Source: Candidatus Poribacteria bacterium
Lineage (GTDB): Bacteria > Poribacteria > WGA-4E > PCPOR2b
Direction of reading: 5' to 3'
DNA: 64,000 nt
Assembly (NCBI GenBank): GCA_965116925.1
Contig: OZ220744.1
Coordinates: 2,272,001 to 2,336,000 of the forward strand
The notes under the pieces are model-generated. The model ran no database searches and had not been told where the DNA came from. It saw only the letters and a list, made by a program, of their open reading frames with translations. Shown here in pieces: positions 9,604 to 19,139 of the stretch (position 1 is the first letter of the stretch; each line of letters begins with the position of its first letter). A program made the position numbers and the translations under genes.

Positions 9604-10344
9604 ATGCAGTCAATCTATTCGTTAATGCCAGATCATGAAGCCTTGTTGGCTCTTGAACCGGAGGAACTAGCGGGTTTTGTTTTGGAATATCTTAATTCTC
9701 TTTCCCCAAGAGATTCTGGACAGTTAAACCGCCATAACTTTAGCTTGCCTCATACGGTGGAAGGGTACCCTCATGAATATCAGGATGAGATTAGCCGAGC
9801 ACTGATGGAGGCTTGGGTGTGGCTAGAACACGAAGGACTTTTAGCACCGAAACCGGGAGATGATAGAGGTTGGGTTTTCATTACAAGACGGGGGCACAAG
9901 CTAAAAACAGCTGTTGACGTGGAAGCCTATCGCAAAACAAGCCTATTGCCTAAACAACTTCTTCATCCGGTGATAGCCTACAAAGTCTGGTCACTCTTTT
10001 TGCGGGGAGAGTATGATACCGCCGTATTCCAAGCTTTTAAGGAGGTAGAGGTCGCAGTTCGTGATGCTGGAGGCTATGAAAAAAAAGATTATGGAGTTAA
10101 CTTGATGCGACAAGCATTTCACCCTCGGGATGGAGTATTGACTGATGCTAATCAACTACCGGCCGAAAAAGACGCAACATTGGCTTTGTTTGCAGGGGCT
10201 ATAGGTCTGTACAAAAATCCTCCTAGCCATCGAAATGTAAACATTACCCCGGTGGAAGCGGTAGAAATGATAATCTTCGCTAGCTCCCTGCTTAAGATTA
10301 TCGATTCTAACACATCGGCATCAGCTACACCTAGTGGAAACTAA
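9604..10344 (+). CDS. TIGR02391 (Ymh/HEPN-like) family protein
   Basis: LHP...YDTAVFQAFKEVEVAVR...GVNLMRQAF...LFAGAIGLYKNPPSHR pattern. Confidence 0.8.
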   Translation: MQSIYSLMPDHEALLALEPEELAGFVLEYLNSLSPRDSGQLNRHNFSLPHTVEGYPHEYQDEISRALMEAWVWLEHEGLLAPKPGDDRGWVFITRRGHKLKTAVDVEAYRKTSLLPKQLLHPVIAYKVWSLFLRGEYDTAVFQAFKEVEVAVRDAGGYEKKDYGVNLMRQAFHPRDGVLTDANQLPAEKDATLALFAGAIGLYKNPPSHRNVNITPVEAVEMIIFASSLLKIIDSNTSASATPSGN

Positions 10345-10359
10345 ATTAAGCATAAGGAC

Positions 10360-11661
10360 ATGTTTATCGGGAGTGTTAAAAAAATGCGAGAATATGAGTA
10401 TGATGTTACCTTGTCCTTTGCAGGAGAAGATCGAACACACGCTGAAGCGTTAGCAAATCTTCTCAAGAATGATGGGTATAAAGTATTTTATGACAAATAT
10501 GAGTGGGCCCGGCTGTGGGGCGCAAATCTCTATGATGAATTCTCCGCAGTTTACAAGGATAAAGCACGCTACTGCGTCATGTTTGTGTCTGAACATTATG
10601 CCCAAAAGTTATGGACGAATCATGAACGCCAGACTGCTCAGGCGAGGGCATTTCAAGAAAGCGAAGCATATATTCTTCCGATCTTACTTGACGATACGGA
10701 AATTCCGGGAATTTTGCCCACAGTCGGGTACTTGGATTTACGCTCAATGTCTATTGAAGATGTCTATTCGATTTTATCGGAGAAACTACAAGAGGACTCA
10801 TTGCAGCCAACAATCAATCCTCCAACCTCCACTTCTGTCGAAAACAATATCGGAGAATTTGTGTTGTTGCGTTCAGCAAATGGAAGTTTGCGTTTTCTTT
10901 CGTTTATAGAAGCACGCAGGGATTCAACTGGTATATCCCTTAAAGTTCTTTCAGAATCGTCTGAAGACGCTGGATTTCTACGTTCATTAAGAGATACTTA
11001 TAGTAACGTACTTGCCTTTGCCTATAAGGAAGATGCTGCGTGGGTGAGTCTAGAGGAGATTGTTGAAACTACAGCCGGTTCTCAAACCGTCTGCGAAGTA
11101 CGTCTTAATATAAATGATAGCAACGCAAATTACGATTTCTTCGGTGATATGACAGGCATGAGCATTTCTGCAGATCAGATTGCCGAAATGCGTGCACGGA
11201 GAATTCTCCTTGATGAAAAATTGGATGTTGGTATTTCTGCGTTAAGCCAAGACAACTTCTCAAATATAGGACAACGAGCAACTTTATACACTGAGAACGC
11301 ATCAGGGATACGTTCATTACTTGGGCAAGTTGATACTTGGGAGCTAGATCTGCTAGAGGCTCATATTCATGGGATGTCTTCATCAGGCTATGAGCCTGGA
11401 CTACCAGTGGAGGCATCGCCAATTCCCGAGCTTTATCAGCAATTTAGACAAACTCCAGAGAAATTTAAGAAGTTTGCTCGTTTAATCTCGGTTCTCTATT
11501 TGAAACTGTCAAACACGGTTGAAGGTATACTTGAATTAGATTTGGAACTGCTAGGTTCCGCACAATTGCGAGTTAAATTTAGGGGGTGCCGGCCCCAACT
11601 TGCTGTAAATGTAGCACCTTCAATTATTGAATTCGAGGGAAATTGCCCACTTTCCGAGTGA
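10360..11661 (+). CDS. TIR-domain protein with an uncharacterised C-terminal region
   Basis: N-terminal YDVTLSFAGEDR...VFYD...LWG...SEHYAQKLWTNHE (Glu at the catalytic position)...ILPILLDD; alternative start 10384. Confidence 0.88.
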   Translation: MFIGSVKKMREYEYDVTLSFAGEDRTHAEALANLLKNDGYKVFYDKYEWARLWGANLYDEFSAVYKDKARYCVMFVSEHYAQKLWTNHERQTAQARAFQESEAYILPILLDDTEIPGILPTVGYLDLRSMSIEDVYSILSEKLQEDSLQPTINPPTSTSVENNIGEFVLLRSANGSLRFLSFIEARRDSTGISLKVLSESSEDAGFLRSLRDTYSNVLAFAYKEDAAWVSLEEIVETTAGSQTVCEVRLNINDSNANYDFFGDMTGMSISADQIAEMRARRILLDEKLDVGISALSQDNFSNIGQRATLYTENASGIRSLLGQVDTWELDLLEAHIHGMSSSGYEPGLPVEASPIPELYQQFRQTPEKFKKFARLISVLYLKLSNTVEGILELDLELLGSAQLRVKFRGCRPQLAVNVAPSIIEFEGNCPLSE

Positions 11662-11699
11662 TTGTAGAAAATGTTTTTGGGAGCTAGAATGTAAAACAC

Positions 11700-11941
11700 C
11701 TAAACGAACTTATCCTTCCAAGCTTCAGAGTGCATATGGGTGGTTGAATCTATTATCTGACATTCCTACAGATAGAGCAAATCGCCAACCAAATCCACTA
11801 TCTCTGAATTAATCGATTGGACTGCAAAGTGCGTTGCGTTACGATCAAACGGCGGGGGTGAAACAGGTTTACCGGGAGCGACAGATTGACCCGATGAAAC
11901 TACTCTATAGCTACTACCAAACTAACCCCTCTGCGTATTAA
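11700..11941 (+). pseudogene. Putative remnant of a DUF4007/SspB-like gene
   Basis: After TAA at 11810-11812 the same frame reads SALRYDQTAGVKQVYRERQIDPMKLLYSYYQTNPSAY*, resembling DUF4007 C-termini; YGWL at 11735-11746 in the same frame resembles the N-terminal motif; ends 31 bp before the ATPase. Confidence 0.6.
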
Positions 11942-11972
11942 TCCGAAAATAGGTTCAGCCCCGAAAAGACTC

Positions 11973-14900
11973 ATGAACAAAACCATTCCACTTTCTGAAC
12001 TCTTTCACGTTACCAGTCGTTTTCACCGTTCGGTTCATCTTGAACGCGATTTTTATGGGAAGAACGCACTGGATGGGTACGTCCTAACAGTCACGGCACG
12101 GGAAACACTGCAACGGCTAATTGCAGCACTTGAAGATGAATCGACATCGAAAGCGTGGTCACTCACCGGTCCCTACGGGTCAGGCAAATCGGCCTTTGCA
12201 CTCTTTGCTGCGAAGTTGCTAGGTGACTCCGAATCACTGACGACGCAGGCAGCGATGAAGCTCCTAAAGCACGGAGACAAATCCTTATGTAATCGATTCA
12301 TCGGTTTGGATCTACACGGGCGGAGAGGATTTTGTCCCGTGCTCATCTCGGGTGAACGCTCACCGATTTCGCTTGCTTTGCTGCGTGGATTGGATCGTGG
12401 TCTCACTGTTTTTAGCGATTCCCCGGCTCGGCTCCCGTCTTTCCGTCCACTTCTATCAGACATCCAAAAACGGTTGAAGGCAGCAGAAAATGGGAACCTA
12501 CCCCATGCTTCCGAAATTACGAACCTTTTTGAATCCGCAACAGGTCAGATTAGAGCAACGGAGGGCACAGGACTGTTATTGGTAGTTGATGAGCTTGGCA
12601 AGTTTCTTGAATACGCCGCGCAAAACCCGGCAGATGGTGATCTGTTTGTGCTACAAAGTCTTGCCGAATTTGCCACCAGAAGCAAACAAACACCTCTGCT
12701 GATGCTGACAATTCTCCATCAAGCGTTTGAGCAGTACGCACAACGGTTAGCAGCCTCCCAACGTGAGGAGTGGGCGAAGGTACAGGGACGTTTTGAGGAT
12801 GTCTCCTTTATAGAACCGACTGAGCAGGTGCTTCGCCTAATTGGGAGTGCAATCCAAAAGACTGCAGCAGTTGAGAATCCCAACCTTTCTGTTGCGGTTG
12901 ACCTAGAACTTAAACCACGCCAACTTGATAAGACCGAATTTGTGTCGCTGCTTGAAAGCTGTTTGCCCCTCCATCCGACAGTTGCTCTCATTGTCAGTCC
13001 ACTTTTCCGTCGATTTGCTCAAAATGAACGCTCTCTTTTCGCCTTACTCAACTCCAGCGAACCGCACGGACTCCAAGATTTTCTCTCTAAGCAGATCTAC
13101 GATGGGCGTGCCCTACCAACATTTAGGCTGTCCAACCTGTACGATTACATTTACAACGCTTTGGGCAGCGGTCTGTACACATCAAGGGAGGGGGCAAAGT
13201 GGGCAGAAATCGAGTCCGCAATTGAACGACTGCCGGACCCGTCTCCGATGACGGTGAAATTGATTAAAACTATCGGTCTGCTCGGTATTGTTGGGGAGGC
13301 AAGTGTAAATCTGAAAGCCTCAAAGGCTTTACTCCGTTACGCACTCGATGATGGCATGGAGAATTTCCAGAATGAAGTTAATGAGTCTGTCGAATCATCG
13401 TTGGCGATGTTGGAGGGACGTTCTATTGTTATCTACCGCCGCTACAACGATGCGTATGCCCTATGGGAAGGAAGCGATATCGACATCGAAGCGAGGCTCC
13501 GGGAGGCAAGAGCACACCTTGACCCGAATCTGCGCCTGCCTACTGCCCTCTCGACGCTTATGCAACCGCAACCCCTTATTGCCCGCCGGCACCTCTTTGT
13601 GACAGGCACGCTGCGATACTTTGTCGTCCGGTACACCGACCTTGAGGGGTTTGATGAGGATTTGCAGATGCCATCTGATGAGGCCGACGGGTCTGATGAC
13701 GCGGACGGGCTTGCGCTTTACGCCCTGCCTACAAGCGAACTTGAGGCAGAACAGCTTGTTGCAAAAGCTACCGAATTAGCCGCGGATCGCGAAGATGTAC
13801 TCATTGCGATTCCCGAATCAATCGACTCTTTGAGGGACGCTGTCCTTGAGCTTTGGTGTTTGGGTTGGGTTGAGAAAAATACCCCCGAACTCCGTGGCGA
13901 TGCAACAGCGCGGCGTGAACTTTGGGCGCGACACACTGAGGCCGAGCAAGAGGTATCCGATCAATTGACTTCTCTTTTTGGCGGAAACCTAGCTGCCCCT
14001 CAAGTGGCTCTCAGCCCGACTCGTAAGGAAGACACCGGGGGCTGCTCATGGTATCATAACGGACAACCGATACTGATTACCTCAAGAAGAGCACTTAATG
14101 AATATCTATCCGAAATCTGTGATTCTGTTTACAATGCAACTCCGATTCTTCGTAATGAACTGATCAATCGACGAAAAATTTCCTCGCAGGCAGCGTCCGC
14201 AAGACGGAAACTCATTGGAGGGATGCTTGATTCCCAAGGACAGGAAAAACTGGGTATTGACGGCTACCCACCCGAAATGAGCATTTACCTCTCCTTACTA
14301 TTCGACACCGGGATACACCGTTGTGTTTCGGGGGTGTGGGGGTTTCATCCACCAAACACCGATGATAAAAATCGAATCTCTCTCACTTGGCTAGAGATCG
14401 AAAGTTTTCTTAACGAATGTGAGGAGAGGAGACAATCTGTTGCCAAGCTTTATGAACGGTTGGAGCAGCCGCCCTTTGGATTGAGAAGTGGTCCAATGCC
14501 CATTCTTTTGTGCGCGGTATTGCTGCACTATGAGGCAGAAATCGCGCTATACGAAGATAGTTCCTTTGTTGCAGACATCTCAATGCCGGTTTTTGAGCGG
14601 TTGATTAGGGATCCTGAAAAGTTTGAAATCAAACGTTTCCGAATGGAAGGTATCCGCACAGAAGTGTTTGAGCAATTTACAGGAATGATTTCTAAGCCGG
14701 TGTCAGCGGAAGGGAGCCCGCCAAATCTTCTAGTAATTGTCAGACCGCTCATCAGTTTTATACAAAAGCTGCCCCGTTATACGATGCTCACACAGGATTT
14801 AAGCGATGCAGCGATCACCTTACGCAGAGCCATCAGCGATGCACGAGAGCCGGACGCGCTCCTCTTTGAACAGTTGCCCCAAGCACTCGGCTTTGAGGCT

Positions 14901-15533
14901 TTTGGACCATCGGTGGAGACAGATTCAGAAACGGTTAATGCGTTTTTCAATATCTTGCGAAGCGCACTGTCCGAGTTAAACCGAGCCTATGATGAACTGC
15001 TATCTTTCATTGAGGAGATGCTTATTTCTGCGTTTTCTTTACAATCGGATGGTGATTCGCCCCACATTGAATTGATTAACAGAGCACGCCCCTTGCTCGA
15101 TTGGACAATTGACACCAAACTCAAGGGGTTTTTGATTCGTATCTGCGACGAAGAGCTTGATTTCAAGGAATGGGTTGAGGCAATTGGAACTTATATCGCC
15201 AACAAACCCCCGGCATCGTGGAATGACTCAGATAAAGCCCATTTTGAGATGAACCTTTCTGAACTTGCGAGGAAGTTTCATCATTTTGACGCATTGTCAT
15301 TTGAGCAACGAGAGCAGCCTGATAACAACGCAGGTGAGGTAATTCGGGTTGGTGTTACTACTCTCTCTTCACAGGAGCAGGAGCGGGTCGTTACTGTGCC
15401 GCCAACTGCAGAGGCGCAAGCCGACAAAATTGAGCGCGCAATTGTACAAATGCTTGAGCGAGAGGAGAATACTGAAATTCGCCTCGCTATCCTAGCCCGA
15501 CTGTCGCAGAAGTTGATGGAACAGCTTGAGTAA
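11973..15533 (+). CDS. Large P-loop ATPase, SspC-like (DUF4007/PAPS-reductase-associated)
   Basis: RFHRSVHLERD N-terminus, Walker A GPYGSGKS, Walker B LLVVDELGKFLE, EWAKVQGRF, FAQNERSLF, PPFGLRSG. Confidence 0.78.
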   Translation: MNKTIPLSELFHVTSRFHRSVHLERDFYGKNALDGYVLTVTARETLQRLIAALEDESTSKAWSLTGPYGSGKSAFALFAAKLLGDSESLTTQAAMKLLKHGDKSLCNRFIGLDLHGRRGFCPVLISGERSPISLALLRGLDRGLTVFSDSPARLPSFRPLLSDIQKRLKAAENGNLPHASEITNLFESATGQIRATEGTGLLLVVDELGKFLEYAAQNPADGDLFVLQSLAEFATRSKQTPLLMLTILHQAFEQYAQRLAASQREEWAKVQGRFEDVSFIEPTEQVLRLIGSAIQKTAAVENPNLSVAVDLELKPRQLDKTEFVSLLESCLPLHPTVALIVSPLFRRFAQNERSLFALLNSSEPHGLQDFLSKQIYDGRALPTFRLSNLYDYIYNALGSGLYTSREGAKWAEIESAIERLPDPSPMTVKLIKTIGLLGIVGEASVNLKASKALLRYALDDGMENFQNEVNESVESSLAMLEGRSIVIYRRYNDAYALWEGSDIDIEARLREARAHLDPNLRLPTALSTLMQPQPLIARRHLFVTGTLRYFVVRYTDLEGFDEDLQMPSDEADGSDDADGLALYALPTSELEAEQLVAKATELAADREDVLIAIPESIDSLRDAVLELWCLGWVEKNTPELRGDATARRELWARHTEAEQEVSDQLTSLFGGNLAAPQVALSPTRKEDTGGCSWYHNGQPILITSRRALNEYLSEICDSVYNATPILRNELINRRKISSQAASARRKLIGGMLDSQGQEKLGIDGYPPEMSIYLSLLFDTGIHRCVSGVWGFHPPNTDDKNRISLTWLEIESFLNECEERRQSVAKLYERLEQPPFGLRSGPMPILLCAVLLHYEAEIALYEDSSFVADISMPVFERLIRDPEKFEIKRFRMEGIRTEVFEQFTGMISKPVSAEGSPPNLLVIVRPLISFIQKLPRYTMLTQDLSDAAITLRRAISDAREPDALLFEQLPQALGFEAFGPSVETDSETVNAFFNILRSALSELNRAYDELLSFIEEMLISAFSLQSDGDSPHIELINRARPLLDWTIDTKLKGFLIRICDEELDFKEWVEAIGTYIANKPPASWNDSDKAHFEMNLSELARKFHHFDALSFEQREQPDNNAGEVIRVGVTTLSSQEQERVVTVPPTAEAQADKIERAIVQMLEREENTEIRLAILARLSQKLMEQLE

Positions 15534-15653
15534 GACAGGCGGGCAACCACAAGGGTTGCCCCTACAGTTAGATCTTGGGTTTATAGTCGGGCGCGCCTGT
15601 CGGGACGCGCAATGAATTGCGCTACTACAAACTGAACTGCGTAACTTCTATTA

Positions 15654-15710
15654 GGATTGGATGTGCCGCCCGGTACGCTTAACGGTGTTCTCAAGCAAGC
15701 CGGTTTCAAA
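15654..15710 (+). pseudogene. hicA: 3' remnant of a hicA toxin gene
   Basis: Reads GLDVPPGTLNGVLKQAGFK, the typical HicA C-terminus; 5' part is missing and replaced by repeats; lies upstream of hicB. Confidence 0.72.
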
Positions 15711-15713
15711 GAT

Positions 15714-15820
15714 TATAGTGGACCTTAGAATTAATGAGACACTCCAAACCGGCGCAGTTGGAAACAGCGCCTACCAAACATGGGGGCGAAAGTGTCTATT
15801 TATTTTTTGAATTCACTATA
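15714..15820. mobile_element. 107-bp MITE with TATAGTG...CACTATA ends (family A)
   Basis: TATAGTGGACCTTAGAATTAAT...GGCGCAGTTGGAAACAGCGCCTAC...GAATTCACTATA; other copies at 21590, 26121, 30534, 33504 and 46563. Confidence 0.85.
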
Positions 15821-15834
15821 ACTTGGAGGCACTT

Positions 15835-16029
15835 ATGCAATATCTAGTTGTTTTTGAAAAAGCGGCAAACAGCTATGGTGCCTATGTGCCAGACCTGCCC
15901 AGCTGCGTTGCGATAGGTGAAACGATGGCTGAGGTGCGTGGGTTGATTGCAGAAGCGATCCAATTTCATATTGAGGGGCTGCGAGAGGATGGTGTTGTTG
16001 TGCCGCTGCCATCGTCAACAGCTAGATAG
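15835..16029 (+). CDS. hicB: HicB family antitoxin
   Basis: MQYLVVFEK...YGAYVPDLPSCVAIGET...AIQFHIEGL; RBS GGAGG at 15825. Confidence 0.88.
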   Translation: MQYLVVFEKAANSYGAYVPDLPSCVAIGETMAEVRGLIAEAIQFHIEGLREDGVVVPLPSSTAR

Positions 16030-16139
16030 ACATGTCGCCCCGCTGGGGCTTTGGGATATTTGTTTATCCGTTTACTATAAACATGTCGCCCCTCTGGGGC
16101 TAAATGAGCTGCTAAACCGACAAAATTTAGGAGAATTCG

Positions 16140-16799
16140 GTGAAAAAATTAACGCTTTTCTTATTTATCTTTATACTGGTAACGTCTCTTTGGGCGGAGG
16201 AGGATGTGAAAGAAACGAAAGCCGAAAAGCCCAAGACAAGCGGTGGTTTTGGGGGACCGGTGTTGAAGGTGACGCGGATCAACGATGTATTCGGCTTGAT
16301 GGTCGGTGGTCGAGCGGGTTGGATTTATAAACATACCTATGCAATCGGAGGGGGCTTTTACGGCTTACTCAGAGATATAGAGGTAGAGACGCCGGGTTTT
16401 GAACGTGAATTTGAGTTTGCTTATAGTGGACTGGAGTTAGAATATATTATCGCTCCCAGTCGAGATGTCCACCTCTCTGCTCAAACTTTGATCGGGTTTG
16501 GTGGGCTTACAGATCGGTATCAGCGGGTGTACTATTTTGTTGATGACTATAGTAGATATGGTGGTCCCGACGACAGTTTTTTTATTGTGCAGCCGGGCCT
16601 CAATATAGTGTGGAATATGAAAACGTATCTCCAGATCTATTTTGGAGGGAGTTACCGCTATATCCGTGGTGTTGACATCGAAGGACTCGATAATGCGGAT
16701 CTGAACGGTTACTCGGTCGTGGTGACCTTTAAGTTTGGTCGTAATGCGAAGGTGGAACCGCCGGATCAATCTGAGTTTGAAGGCACCTACATATTCTGA
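16140..16799 (+). CDS. Secreted or outer-membrane beta-barrel-like hypothetical protein
   Basis: Signal peptide MKKLTLFLFIFILVTSLWA; Gly/aromatic-rich alternating beta strands. Confidence 0.7.
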   Translation: MKKLTLFLFIFILVTSLWAEEDVKETKAEKPKTSGGFGGPVLKVTRINDVFGLMVGGRAGWIYKHTYAIGGGFYGLLRDIEVETPGFEREFEFAYSGLELEYIIAPSRDVHLSAQTLIGFGGLTDRYQRVYYFVDDYSRYGGPDDSFFIVQPGLNIVWNMKTYLQIYFGGSYRYIRGVDIEGLDNADLNGYSVVVTFKFGRNAKVEPPDQSEFEGTYIF

Positions 16800-16833
16800 A
16801 AATTATGGTAGGTTTTAGGATTACTTAGACACT

Positions 16834-16974
16834 GTAGCGCAAACTGTATGAAGATTAATTTATTAATTGGGTAATTTCCGAGCGATGTCCGGTGCGGTTG
16901 GAAACCGCACCTACCGGGTCTGGGAGCAATATAGAATTGCCCGTTTAATTTCTTAAAACTCATTTAGTTTGCGC
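16834..16974. mobile_element. ~115-bp element inserted into the loop of a GTAG-REP hairpin
   Basis: GTAGCGCAAACTGT[ATGAAGATTAA...TTAAAACTCAT]TTAGTTTGCGC; related copy at ~44373-44507. Confidence 0.65.
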
Positions 16975-17016
16975 GCTCGGATCACAATCTAACAGATCGT
17001 GGTACAAGAATAGATT

Positions 17017-17264
17017 GTAGGTCGAGATTCATATCTCGACAGAATATCCAGCCCCGATGAATCGGGATTTTCAACGTGGCGTGCAACAATCTGGGTTGAT
17101 TGAGCCAAAACTATTGTGCAATGTGCTAAGTGATGTCGATTTTGGAAAATCGACCTACAGAAATCCGAAGCTATCTCTAATGTGTGAACAAAGGGTTGGG
17201 AGACCCAACCCCTACAATACGCCCGATGAATCGGGCAACTACAGTCTGAAGTGCGTAAGTCCTA
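17017..17264. repeat. Cluster of REP-like hairpins plus a MITE end, between convergent genes
   Basis: GTAGGTCGAGATTCATATCTCGAC; GTCGATTTTGGAAAATCGACCTAC; GGGTTGGGAGACCCAACCCCTAC; GCCCGATGAATCGGGCAACTAC; CTGAAGTGCGTAAGTCCTA. Confidence 0.8.
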
Positions 17265-18290
17265 CTCGCTTTGAATTCCCACCAAATTAAGTTCTTCTGC
17301 CAAATGACATGCCACAAAATGACCGTCTGAAATTTCACTGAGTTCTGGCTCTTCCTCTCTACATCTCGCTTCGGCATACCTACATCGGGACTGGAAAACG
17401 CATCCGGTAGGCAAATCACTCGGATCGGGCGGTGCCCCTTCGAGGATAATGCGATCACGTCGACCGCGTTGGGTCAGTCTCGGCACGGCTGAATGCAGGG
17501 CTTCGGTGTAGGGGTGGGCGGGGTGGTGCAGCAGTTCGTCGCGCTCGGCGTATTCGACCAATTTGCCGACGTACATGACGGCGATGCGATCGGACACATA
17601 GCGGATAACCGCCATATCGTGCGAGATAAAGAGGTAGGAGAGCCCCAATTCCGCTTGCAGTTCTTGCATCAGGTTCAGGATTTGTGCTTGCACCGACACA
17701 TCGAGGGCAAAGACAGGTTCGTCCGCAACGATGAATTTCGGCTCGATGGAGAGCGCGCGGGCGATACCGATGCGCTGCCTTTGACCTCCACTAAAGCTGT
17801 GTGGGTAGCGGCGCAGGTGTTCTTTTTGCAGCCCCACTTGTATCAGGAGATTTTCAGCCTTCGCTTCCCGTTCTTGGCTTGTCCCGATGTCGTTGCAAAC
17901 TAGCGGCTCAATCACGTTGTCTAGGACCGTCATCCGCTCGTTTAATGAGGCAAAAGGGTCCTGAAAAATCATCTGCATGTTGGCGCGGACTTGGCGCATC
18001 TCGCGGTGGGCAAGTTCAAAGACAGAGAGTTTTTCTTCTTCATCGTGCAGGATGACCTCACCGCCTGTTGGCTCATAAAGCCGGAGGATGGTGCAGCCTA
18101 AAGTAGACTTGCCACAGCCGCTCTCGCCCACAAGCCCCAAGGTTTCACCTTCATTGATTGTGAAGCTGACCCCGTTGACAGCTTTGACATAGCCGATAGT
18201 GCGGCGTAGGAAGCCTTCTTGGATGGGGAAGAACTGGCGTAAATCTCGAACTTCTAGGAGAGGTTTTCCGTTTTTATTCATTGTGGGCAT
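17262..18290 (-). CDS. Peptide/nickel-family ABC transporter ATP-binding subunit (OppF-like)
   Basis: [24 protein letters not shown], oligoHPY C-terminus. Confidence 0.93.
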   Translation of the reverse strand: MPTMNKNGKPLLEVRDLRQFFPIQEGFLRRTIGYVKAVNGVSFTINEGETLGLVGESGCGKSTLGCTILRLYEPTGGEVILHDEEEKLSVFELAHREMRQVRANMQMIFQDPFASLNERMTVLDNVIEPLVCNDIGTSQEREAKAENLLIQVGLQKEHLRRYPHSFSGGQRQRIGIARALSIEPKFIVADEPVFALDVSVQAQILNLMQELQAELGLSYLFISHDMAVIRYVSDRIAVMYVGKLVEYAERDELLHHPAHPYTEALHSAVPRLTQRGRRDRIILEGAPPDPSDLPTGCVFQSRCRYAEARCREEEPELSEISDGHFVACHLAEELNLVGIQSE

Positions 18291-18502
18291 ATTGGTTCAT
18301 GAGTTCATTGAATTGGCGAACCCTATACATTGCGCTCCGCTGGAGCGCAGCAATGGTAGGGATCACGATTCTATAGACATATCGCTCCTCTGGAGCGAAG
18401 GGTAGAGCGACGACGGGCGGGGAAACCCCGCCCCTACCAGTGGATTTGCGATAGATAGCAACTCGGATTAAACTTCTTGTATAATTTTTGGGGTAGTGAA
18501 TT

Positions 18503-18745
18503 TTAGACGTCGGTTACTTCTCGTATTGTGGCGGTAGTAGGTTCGGTGATTTGGGTATTTTCTTCAGACCGCGCCAATTGGTAGGCTGCTAGTTCTTCAT
18601 GTAAACGGCTAATCATTTTTTTTAGGCTGGCGCGAGAGTATTTCTGGTTGGGATAAGGCTGACGCTCCTGTACTTTTTCTAACCGTTTTTCTAGCTCTCG
18701 TAATTGTCCTTCGACAATTTTGCGTTCTTGGTCGTTCTGAATCAT
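18503..18745 (-). CDS. Small helical hypothetical protein inserted in the ABC operon
   Basis: MIQNDQE...; RBS GGAGG; flanked by repeats. Confidence 0.6.
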   Translation of the reverse strand: MIQNDQERKIVEGQLRELEKRLEKVQERQPYPNQKYSRASLKKMISRLHEELAAYQLARSEENTQITEPTTATIREVTDV

Positions 18746-19139
18746 AGTTGTACCTCCACACGATTTTACCATAAGTTACGCCACTTTTCCAGACCAAGAC
18801 GCGAAACCCATAATTTTGCAGTTTCTTAACCTTTGGTGCTAGTTTAGCGAGAGAGTCTTTTCCACATTGTTCAAGTCGCTTTGGATCCCCCCGATAAATC
18901 GGGATAAACTAATTATCGGGGAGTTCATTGGTTCATTAGTCGGTTGGTTGATTCATTCTTCTTATGTTCCCGCCTTCGGATACACATGTCGCCCCTCTGG
19001 GGCTTTAGGGTATTTGTTTATCTGTGTACTATAAACATGTCGCCCCTTTGGGGCTAAATGCACCGCTGAACCAATGATTTTTACGTTTCACGTCATCAAC
19101 AACTGCAAACTAGCATCATTGGTTATTACTCACAATTCG

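Noticed and set aside
17700..17725. D-loop variant DEPVFALD in the OppF-like ATPase
   Set aside because: A single S-to-F substitution cannot be told apart from polymorphism or sequencing error.
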